A DNA stretch of 57,716 nucleotides from a virus (lineage: Duplodnaviria; Caudoviricetes), in IMG/VR virus record IMGVR_UViG_3300025132_008330, positions 1-57,716 of that record; one strand, given 5' to 3'. Below are positions 1 to 7,055 of the stretch, one piece after another. Under the pieces are notes generated by a model, which searched no databases, had not been told where the DNA came from, and saw nothing but the letters and a program-made list of their open reading frames with translations. Every line of letters starts with the position of its first letter. The first letter of the stretch is position 1. A program made the translations under genes and the position numbers.

Positions 1-129
1 GCCTGTGTTAACAATGATGTCTGGCTTGAGTTCCCTTAGTTTTTCGTAGAGTTCCTCAAATACAGCGGTGTACTCTTCATGATACCGATGGTTGCGAATG
101 TGAATGTCTGAAACATGTGCGATCTTCAT
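1..129 (-). CDS. Mre11/SbcD/gp47-like metallophosphoesterase nuclease (N-terminus only, runs off the window)
   Basis: Not in the ORF track. Manual translation from ATG at 129 gives MKIAHVSDIHIRNHRYHEEYTAVFEELYEKLRELKPDIIVNTG, with the DxH motif and the start of the GD motif of calcineurin-like phosphoesterases. The ATG overlaps the stop of the upstream ORF. Confidence 0.8.
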   Translation of the reverse strand, partial: MKIAHVSDIHIRNHRYHEEYTAVFEELYEKLRELKPDIIVNTG

Positions 130-377
130 TTAGCCTTCCTTACTAGCTCAAGTTCTTTGTTCCATACTGGAACGGGGTATTTTGCCCCTGCTGGTATGAC
201 CATGTAATAATACCTATTCCAATCATGATTTGTACCTTGAATTTTACCCTTTACCTCTGATATTATGCCGAGAGTTTTCATGCTGTCCCTAACCATTACA
301 AGGTCTCCGACTTCGAAGTTTGGATTACTTCTAACCACTTTGTCGGCATCGGATCTGTTCCCTTGTTCGTTACCCAT
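126..377 (-). CDS. Small hypothetical protein, SH3/KOW-like (FEVGDLVMV...LELV)
   Basis: 83 aa ORF. AGAGGT lies just upstream of the ATG. The xxGDLV...GII...L[ED][LV][VI] pattern is typical of small phage beta-barrel proteins. Start uncertain. Confidence 0.6.
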   Translation of the reverse strand: MGNEQGNRSDADKVVRSNPNFEVGDLVMVRDSMKTLGIISEVKGKIQGTNHDWNRYYYMVIPAGAKYPVPVWNKELELVRKAK

Positions 378-487
378 GTTACCTCTGCTATTCCTAGTTC
401 TTCATCGATGCCGGTGATAATCCCCAAAGGAGAATTATTTGGCAAGCCTATTGGCGTCTTATAATAAACTAGATCTCCAATCTTCAT
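296..487 (-). CDS. Small hypothetical protein, SH3/KOW-like (MKIGDLVYY...WLEVI)
   Basis: 63 aa ORF with AGGGGAG SD and a consensus promoter directly upstream. Same pattern as the neighbouring ORF. Confidence 0.65.
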   Translation of the reverse strand: MKIGDLVYYKTPIGLPNNSPLGIITGIDEELGIAEVTWVTNKGTDPMPTKWLEVIQTSKSETL

Positions 488-490
488 AAC

Positions 491-525
491 AAAAAAGCTC
501 CCCTACATTATAGCAGGGGAGCTTT
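491..525 (-). terminator. Intrinsic terminator downstream of the lipoprotein gene
   Basis: Minus strand AAAGCTCCCCTGC-TATAAT-GTAGGGGAGCTTT followed by TTTGTT: 13-bp stem (one G-U pair) running into a U-tract, just after the stop at 552. Confidence 0.75.
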
Positions 526-535
526 GCAAAGTCAA
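507..535 (-). promoter_or_regulatory. Sigma70-type promoter
   Basis: TTGACT (535-530), 17 nt spacer, TATAAT (512-507), upstream of the ATG at 487. Confidence 0.8.
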
Positions 536-551
536 GTGTTTTTTTACACTT

Positions 552-2183
552 CTATTTCATTGGTGTTTGCGTTTGACGATATAATGTTGGACTGTGGTAA
601 ATTCCTGCACGAAAGTCGACATCTCCGAACAACATTGTTCCTGTTTTTGTTTTTGCAGTGACACTATTTTTTACACGGCTTCCATTTACAACTTTTTGAT
701 ATTCCGCAGCTTGCAGAGGAATGGCGGTAATGTTGAAGTGCGATAGCGGGAATACTTCTGTAGTCAAAGACACGCCATTATAATCAAGATCAATCCAAAC
801 AAAAAGCTTGTTATAACCAGTGTCTTCCGATGTGATCTGACGATCACCATTAGTATCGTAAGCCATTAACTGGGCGAAGGCGTCTTGTCCTGTGGTACCA
901 AAGAATTCCGTACCATTGTCTACAACACCATTACCGTTAGAATCGCTAAACAAAAACCCATCTCCTTGTAGCCAGCTTGTTGCCGTTGGGCGGTTCCCCG
1001 TCATTGCAAAATTGACGCCACGCTCTACTCGGGTGATATCAAAAACACCATTACCATTCAAGTCAAGGATGATTGGGTCCGACACATTGCATGGGACAAC
1101 CTCAAAAATCTTTACTGCGGCAAGGGAAAACTCATCTGCAATTCCCTGCTCAATAGCCTTTGAGAAATCAGTTTGAGCTTGGGCATATTTTAGTTCTTCA
1201 TCGTTATTTGAAGGTTGATAGTCTGCACACAATGGATTACCAGTTACCGCTTGGGAGATGGAATTCAAGGCGTCATCATATACCGGGTCCAACATCGATG
1301 CATTCGCATCACAAACCTCAATGGGCTCAGACATCACCGGATAATCACCTTTGTGACCATTGGTTGTGAGCCAGTTGTTCATAGAGTTAATAAAGTGTTG
1401 CCGACCAACAACAAGACCTTTTTCCATCGAACTTTCAACTGCTGTAGGTGTTTGGTTGCAAATACTCTCTGTCTTCATTTGAACCTGAATTACGACACGA
1501 GTCTTTTCTAGACCGCTAATTGCACCTTGTTCATACCAAAAATCTTGCTCTGATAGCGTAGAATTAAAGTTTTCACGCTCGGTCTGCAACTCTGCTGCCA
1601 ATTTTGAATAAGCTTCAGATCTTGCCTGATCTACAAGATACTCACAACTAGCCTCCGATAAAGGCTTTTCATTGTCATAAAACTCAACAAAGGGACAAGA
1701 TGATACCTCCGGTAATGTTTCATCGGCGCCCCAAGTAATGTCTCCATTAAACAAGCCGAGTTCTTCTAATGCAAGATTCACTTGCTTAATATAGAGATCT
1801 TCACCCACATTAATGCCTTCAAAAATGTTATCTCTCAAAATATCAATTTCTGCTAATTCATCAACCGTCAGATCTTCAATGGTTACTCCTTCTACTTCCT
1901 CTACTTCAGTTGTTTCCTCTGGTTCAACTTCAGTTTCAGTAGGGTCGACCTCTGTCTCTGTGCCAGCTTCAACTTCTGTTGGAGTTGTACCTGTTTCAGT
2001 TTCAGTTGTCGTTCCAGTTTGCTCTGTTGTAGTTTCAGTAGGCGTTGTTGTACCATTGTCGTTTGCTCCCGTGAAACTGACACCTTGTTCTGTTTCAGTT
2101 GCTGCGTCTGTAGTCGTTGTGGTTGTATCCTCGCATGCAACCAATCCAAATACAAGCATTGTAGTAATAAAAAAGTTCTTCAA
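552..2183 (-). CDS. Predicted lipoprotein with Thr/Glu-rich linker and C-terminal Ca-binding (RTX-associated DPIILDLNGNG-type) domain
   Basis: TTG start with AAGGAG SD. Signal peptide MKNFFITTMLVFGLVA-C with lipobox. Low-complexity T/E tract. C-terminal DPIILDLNGNG...GFLFSDSNGNGVVDNGTEFFG...YDTNGDRQITSED Dx[DN]xDG-like loops. Confidence 0.75.
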   Translation of the reverse strand: MKNFFITTMLVFGLVACEDTTTTTTDAATETEQGVSFTGANDNGTTTPTETTTEQTGTTTETETGTTPTEVEAGTETEVDPTETEVEPEETTEVEEVEGVTIEDLTVDELAEIDILRDNIFEGINVGEDLYIKQVNLALEELGLFNGDITWGADETLPEVSSCPFVEFYDNEKPLSEASCEYLVDQARSEAYSKLAAELQTERENFNSTLSEQDFWYEQGAISGLEKTRVVIQVQMKTESICNQTPTAVESSMEKGLVVGRQHFINSMNNWLTTNGHKGDYPVMSEPIEVCDANASMLDPVYDDALNSISQAVTGNPLCADYQPSNNDEELKYAQAQTDFSKAIEQGIADEFSLAAVKIFEVVPCNVSDPIILDLNGNGVFDITRVERGVNFAMTGNRPTATSWLQGDGFLFSDSNGNGVVDNGTEFFGTTGQDAFAQLMAYDTNGDRQITSEDTGYNKLFVWIDLDYNGVSLTTEVFPLSHFNITAIPLQAAEYQKVVNGSRVKNSVTAKTKTGTMLFGDVDFRAGIYHSPTLYRQTQTPMK

Positions 2184-2194
2184 ATTATTCTCCT

Positions 2195-3154
2195 TTAAAA
2201 ATTAAAACTGTTTATAAACTTTTGTAAAAATGCGTCTTCCGACGACATAAGCCTAGCGGCTTTCTTCCTCTTAAGGAATTCTTTTTTCGGCATCTCGCCT
2301 ACATCACTGTACGGAAATACATCAATATTGTAAACCTCCGCACCATATTTAATTAAATTTTCTACCAAATACGACGCCTTCCTTTTGGCATCCAAGTCAA
2401 AAGCAACATAAACTGGCGTGTCGTTTAAAACGATACTTTTGAAAAGTTTAGATTGCTGCTTCAAAGTGGAGCCTAAAATGGGCACCGAATTTTGTCCAGC
2501 TATTATAGCATCAAACACTCCTTCTGTCAAGATCAAATCTTCATTCCAATCAATAAAAAGCTCATTAAAGATAATTTTACTTTTCGCTGTTGGCGGATTC
2601 ATGTATTTTCGCCAATCATTCTGGTAAGTTCTGCCAATAAAATAGTTACAGTCGCCGCTCTCATTGAAAGAAGGTACGATAATTCTACCAGCATACTCTC
2701 CGCTGATACAGAACCCAATTTTCCAAAACAAAATGTCTTTCTCATCTATACCCCTCTTTAGCAAATAGTTTTTTGCGGCTTGAGCTTGTAAAGTGTTGTT
2801 TTTGTTAGCCAGTGATATAAATTCAGATGGCAAGTCGACGACGATTTCTTCTTCTAATTGTTCTTGAGGGAAAATGCTCTCAATAATTGAGTCAAACTCA
2901 AGGAGATCTATGTCATCAGTTAGTTCTCTCCATCGACTCTTATTCTCGTAAGTGCCAAATTTCCTTACCAAACGGTAAATATTGTTGCCCCTATAATCAC
3001 ATATCCAACACTTAAATACATTTTTGTCTAAATTAACACTAAGTTTCTTTTTGTGGTGATTGCATTTTGGACAACTGAAAAGGTGCTCTTGCCCGGTTCG
3101 ACCATATCTTCCGAGGAAATCTTTAAGAACTGCTATCTTTTCGCTACTTGACAA
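2195..3154 (-). CDS. DNA primase (zinc finger + TOPRIM, phage gp61/DnaG-like)
   Basis: CPKC...CWIC zinc finger. YLLKRGI, GRIIVP, KYMNP. TOPRIM motifs LTEGVFDA and FDLD, then DVGEM. Confidence 0.9.
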   Translation of the reverse strand: MSSSEKIAVLKDFLGRYGRTGQEHLFSCPKCNHHKKKLSVNLDKNVFKCWICDYRGNNIYRLVRKFGTYENKSRWRELTDDIDLLEFDSIIESIFPQEQLEEEIVVDLPSEFISLANKNNTLQAQAAKNYLLKRGIDEKDILFWKIGFCISGEYAGRIIVPSFNESGDCNYFIGRTYQNDWRKYMNPPTAKSKIIFNELFIDWNEDLILTEGVFDAIIAGQNSVPILGSTLKQQSKLFKSIVLNDTPVYVAFDLDAKRKASYLVENLIKYGAEVYNIDVFPYSDVGEMPKKEFLKRKKAARLMSSEDAFLQKFINSFNF

Positions 3155-3662
3155 GTTCGTATCCTGCTTTGGCTATAACAATACTATCGGCAATATCATA
3201 ATACTTGGGCTTCAAGTTCCCAGATTTTGTGTATTCTACAATAAATTTAGGCTCATTGTCAAGTAAAAACTTAACAACCTGTTCTTTTGCCTTAGTTCCT
3301 CTCTTAATAGTGATGCCACAAGACTTGCGAGCAGAGGCGGCTGAGATGTGTTCGGCTTTGATGCCCAGTTCTCGGTAACAAAGGTAAGTTACAACACCAT
3401 TGAACGAAGAAAGAGTTGAAAGTGTCTTGGCTGATGAGAAGCCAGAGCGGAACATTTGGAGACTTTGTTCAATAAAGATATGCTCTATCTTGTATTCTCG
3501 CTGAATATCAAGCAGCTCTCCTTGAATGTGGTTGTATTTTGAATATATGTCTGGGAATTTGTTCTTGTTTCTTAGATCTACTGCAAATGTCTTTACTATT
3601 TCGCCTTGATCCACGATGGTGAATCCAATAATACTTGTTGAAATGTCTAATCCTAAAATCAT
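3144..3662 (-). CDS. RuvC-like Holliday junction resolvase
   Basis: MILGLDISTSIIG, IFIEQ, AKEQV and DIADSIVIA supply the D-E-D-D RNase H-fold catalytic set. Adjacent to primase. Confidence 0.8.
   Translation of the reverse strand: MILGLDISTSIIGFTIVDQGEIVKTFAVDLRNKNKFPDIYSKYNHIQGELLDIQREYKIEHIFIEQSLQMFRSGFSSAKTLSTLSSFNGVVTYLCYRELGIKAEHISAASARKSCGITIKRGTKAKEQVVKFLLDNEPKFIVEYTKSGNLKPKYYDIADSIVIAKAGYELVK
3233..3262 (-). promoter_or_regulatory. Possible sigma70 promoter for primase, inside the resolvase gene
   Basis: TTGACA (3262-3257), 18 nt spacer, TAGAAT (3238-3233), about 80 nt upstream of the primase start. Confidence 0.4.
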
Positions 3663-3668
3663 AGGAGG

Positions 3669-3697
3669 AATGTAACAGAGTTTTTATTAGATGTCAA
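3669..3697 (-). promoter_or_regulatory. Sigma70-type promoter with extended -10, probably giving a leaderless mRNA
   Basis: TTGACA (3697-3692), 17 nt spacer ending TGT, TACATT (3674-3669), then CCTCCT-ATG with no SD. Confidence 0.7.
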
Positions 3698-4865
3698 GCT
3701 TTAGTTTGAAAGTAAGATCTCTTTCTTCTGTTTTTTTGACTGGGGTGGCTAGCTTGGCAACTGCTATGAGATTTTTGTTTTCATCATATATGCCAATTTT
3801 TGAAATGTATGTCTCTTTTTTGAACTGCGGCTCCTCATCTGTATATGAGGCACTAACAACATTTTTTAGTACTAAGTTCTTCTTTTCTATGTAGAAAGTA
3901 GAGCCTGTTGTCGCAGTTGCTGCTTGTCCATAGCTTTTAAATGTTGGATTGTTTGAGTGGTTAATCGCCCCTTTGGGGGCATTTGCAAACATTGTAACGA
4001 CTTGAGATTTAGTTGTACCAGCAAAATCCAAAACCCATGACGACTTTTGACCAGATATTGATATTCCGTCCTGTGCCCCTACTGCAAATTTCAGCCAGTT
4101 TGGTACCGTATCTGAATCGGAAGGGTTGTAATCCTCTGTTGTGTGTTGACCGCTTGTCAAATCCCAAGAACCAGTTAGCATTAGGAAACCCTCGTTGTAC
4201 AGGGCGACTCCTGCGATTGAGCCAGAGCCGTTGCTGGCGGGGGGACCTGTTTGAATTAGCTCTCCATTTTGTTTTTCATCTTTGAGAGTACCCACCAAGG
4301 TGCCAGAAACAAAAAAGTTTAATTCTAATGATCCTTTTTTTATCTGAGATCCGTAAAAAATCGATGGTATGCTAATCAAATTAACATCTTGCGTATCCTT
4401 ATCCCATCCGTCGTTAAAATTAGACGAGTAAGCATAGTGCTCACTGTTAGCCTTATAAAAATTCATAGTATTTTTTAAAGCATCTAATTCTTTCCTGTCT
4501 TGAAGAGAGGATGAAAAGAAGTTCCTTGTTATACTAGCAGATAAAGGATATGAGCCGGTTATTATGTCTCCAAATTGAAAATCTGAATTAAATCCGGTTG
4601 TTGAGATCGTCTTAAAGGCAGTCAAGGAGCCGTTTTTTGTGAGAAACGGATATATCAACTCGCCTGCTGGGCGGTCAACATTTACTTCGTATAAATTTAA
4701 AAAACCGGGAGGGACATGATTAATGTTTTGTTCCGACAAATCCCCTTTATTGAAAGGTCGGTTATTGTGATAAACAACACCACCATATATAAAAAAGGTG
4801 CTTTTTGGGAATGTCTTTAGCGTGTTTCTTACAATGTCATCACGACCAAATGGATAGTAAGGCAC
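3687..4865 (-). CDS. Virion structural protein (baseplate/tail-fibre attachment-like), paralog of 4881..6014
   Basis: GTG start with AGGAGG SD. IKKGS, NHSNNPTF and C-terminal TYISKIGIYDENKNLIAVAKLATPVKKTEERDLTFKLKLDI are shared with the neighbouring gene. Confidence 0.65.
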   Translation of the reverse strand: MPYYPFGRDDIVRNTLKTFPKSTFFIYGGVVYHNNRPFNKGDLSEQNINHVPPGFLNLYEVNVDRPAGELIYPFLTKNGSLTAFKTISTTGFNSDFQFGDIITGSYPLSASITRNFFSSSLQDRKELDALKNTMNFYKANSEHYAYSSNFNDGWDKDTQDVNLISIPSIFYGSQIKKGSLELNFFVSGTLVGTLKDEKQNGELIQTGPPASNGSGSIAGVALYNEGFLMLTGSWDLTSGQHTTEDYNPSDSDTVPNWLKFAVGAQDGISISGQKSSWVLDFAGTTKSQVVTMFANAPKGAINHSNNPTFKSYGQAATATTGSTFYIEKKNLVLKNVVSASYTDEEPQFKKETYISKIGIYDENKNLIAVAKLATPVKKTEERDLTFKLKLDI

Positions 4866-4880
4866 AGGGTCAACCTCCTG

Positions 4881-6014
4881 TTAGTAGTCCAGTCTTACTC
4901 TTAATGTCAACTCTGTGTCTGGAGTTTTCTTTAGAGGTTCTGATACTTTTGCCACGGCTAACAATTCATTGTCAGCCGAGTATAGTCCAACGGTGGTGAT
5001 GTAAGAGGCTGGTTGGTCTAAACTGCTGTTCTTTACTCTAATTTGACTAGTATTGTCAATGTATGTTGGGTTAGAGCTATAATTAAATTCATTATGACCT
5101 GCTCTTGCAAAATAAATAGTAGAATTTAATTCTGTTGTATTGTTGAAATCTAAATCATAAATTCTGTGCCTGAAGGAGTCGCACGATCCTGAAATAGAGA
5201 CACTTGTTAGGGCATCATTGATCGTTTGACCGGAAGGCGTAAATGCTACAGCAGAATTCGCACCCCCGGCGCCGCCGGAGACGATTGCGTTCGTAGAATC
5301 GGTACCTGCTCCGAGCATGACCGATGCGGTTAAAACTGCAATCCCTGCTTGGTAGAACAACTGACCAACAACGGTGTCGGCTGGAGTAGTTGCACCTGTT
5401 GCATAAAGTATTGCATATTCCCCTGCTGGAGAGTTTACTTTGTAGCTTGTTGCTGCGCCAGAATCAGTTATTGTCAAGAGTTCTCCAAATTCTGTTGCGC
5501 CTGCGCCGCCGGACATAAATGAACCACTAACCCCAAGCTTCAAGTTGAAAGATCCTTTTTTAATTTCATCTTTTTGAAGTAGTCTAGCAAAATTAACAAA
5601 AATGCACTCACGAAGCTTTGTGCCTGTGGCATAATTACCGTCTTCATCAAACTCTCGGATTGACCCCGTTATGTCGTGTCCTGCTAACAATTGAGCCATT
5701 TGATTATAAATGTTAATTTTGTCAGCGTTTTGGGTGTTTGCAGAAGCTGAAAGATCTGAGTTGTTTGAATACCCCACTGTCAAATCTATAATGTGATTCG
5801 CAGATGAGCTTAAATAAGGATAATCATACACAGACTGAAAAAGACCATGTGAATAATTTTTAATATTTGTCTCTGCATTCGAGCCTGTCAACACAACTGC
5901 TGGATTATTGTAAGTTCCTGACAAGATCGATCCCGTGATCGGAATTGCTTCATGCAGAAGAGTCCTAGTTGTTGTAACATCGTTGTTTAAGAAATTTTTA
6001 AAACTTGTTGCCAT
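4881..6014 (-). CDS. Virion structural protein (baseplate/tail-fibre attachment-like)
   Basis: IKKGS, NYSSNPTY and C-terminal SYITTVGLYSADNELLAVAKVSEPLKKTPDTELTLRVRLDY, resembling the GLxD/xxxxLxAVA segment of tail collar/fibre base domains. Confidence 0.65.
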   Translation of the reverse strand: MATSFKNFLNNDVTTTRTLLHEAIPITGSILSGTYNNPAVVLTGSNAETNIKNYSHGLFQSVYDYPYLSSSANHIIDLTVGYSNNSDLSASANTQNADKINIYNQMAQLLAGHDITGSIREFDEDGNYATGTKLRECIFVNFARLLQKDEIKKGSFNLKLGVSGSFMSGGAGATEFGELLTITDSGAATSYKVNSPAGEYAILYATGATTPADTVVGQLFYQAGIAVLTASVMLGAGTDSTNAIVSGGAGGANSAVAFTPSGQTINDALTSVSISGSCDSFRHRIYDLDFNNTTELNSTIYFARAGHNEFNYSSNPTYIDNTSQIRVKNSSLDQPASYITTVGLYSADNELLAVAKVSEPLKKTPDTELTLRVRLDY

Positions 6015-6029
6015 TTGATTATTCCTATT

Positions 6030-6965
6030 TTATTGTATTTTTAGAAACGAAACTGGAATCGTTATTCTGTATCCGGTTGTCGCCCCAGTAATTCTAATAT
6101 TTGTATCAATTCTTCTAAAAGTTCCAGTTCCGCCATTGAAAGTAAGCGAATTTCCACTAGTCCCGAGGAGTGTAAACAAATATGTTGAGCTATTAAGCTC
6201 AATGGAAGGATTAACTCTAAGAGAAATCCTACTTCCTCGTGGACCCTGAATGGGGGAATTGCTATTTTTTGTCAAACTTATATTAACCATATCAGAGTCT
6301 GATGAGAAGTTATAGCTAGCAATATTGTCATCATCCAGATAAGAGTATGCTTGTGTAGACCCTTGCTGATCTACGACATATCCAATCCTATTATCTATCT
6401 CCACGATGTATTGCGTCTCAAGCAGTGTTGGATCAATAGTGAAATTTTTTGATATTGCTGTGGTGTTTAATCCCTGATCAACCATAATGACAGTGTTTTT
6501 TTCTTCATTCTGCCCAGATAAGAATAATCCCTGCGGGATCGTGTCTGCTCCAGAGGCAGAGTATGTACCTTGCTTGGTGAAAAAGTTGTCTGTTGCATCG
6601 TCGCATGAAATAAAGAATGTATTTGAGCTAGTTGCCGATCTTTTTTCTGCCGAACCATCTTGTTCATTGAGCAACATTGTGGGCAAGTATAGAAGATTTG
6701 TCTTTGGAATTGACAGCAGTCTGTTTTTCATCGTAGACATATTATTTGTCAAAGCTTCGATTACTGGTGTTGTCAAAATGTTGATGTCATAGTAAGCAGA
6801 GCCGCTGGAATGGTTTAAGTCATACTTAGCATAGTCGATTTCATCATCTGCAAAAGCATATTTTACAATCTTAAATGATCCGTCGCCCCTCGCTAATCTT
6901 GCTCTACCAGCGTCGGTGAGCACAGCATCTAAAATAATATCTCCACTGTTGTCTAAAAAAGCCAT
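6030..6965 (-). CDS. Virion structural protein (tail/baseplate)
   Basis: N-terminal DAVLTDAGRARLARG..FKIVKYAFADDEIDY. AGGAG SD. Two copies of the putative late motif upstream. Confidence 0.65.
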   Translation of the reverse strand: MAFLDNSGDIILDAVLTDAGRARLARGDGSFKIVKYAFADDEIDYAKYDLNHSSGSAYYDINILTTPVIEALTNNMSTMKNRLLSIPKTNLLYLPTMLLNEQDGSAEKRSATSSNTFFISCDDATDNFFTKQGTYSASGADTIPQGLFLSGQNEEKNTVIMVDQGLNTTAISKNFTIDPTLLETQYIVEIDNRIGYVVDQQGSTQAYSYLDDDNIASYNFSSDSDMVNISLTKNSNSPIQGPRGSRISLRVNPSIELNSSTYLFTLLGTSGNSLTFNGGTGTFRRIDTNIRITGATTGYRITIPVSFLKIQ

Positions 6966-6996
6966 TTATTTTCTCCTAAAATGCGTATATTGCCTT

Positions 6997-7023
6997 TATA
7001 ATTAGTCTTTTCATATAAATAGT
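6997..7023 (-). promoter_or_regulatory. Putative phage late promoter, tandem copies
   Basis: ACTATTTATA (7023-7014) and ACTAATTATA (7006-6997) in the 90 bp intergenic gap. The same motif precedes three other structural genes. Confidence 0.55.
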
Positions 7024-7055
7024 TAAGTTTTTTAATTTGTCTCATTTAATCTTTT

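Noticed and set aside
1880-2130. Repetitive gtttcagtt/gttgt tract
   Set aside because: Imperfect codon-level repeats encoding the Thr/Glu linker of the lipoprotein, not an independent DNA repeat element.
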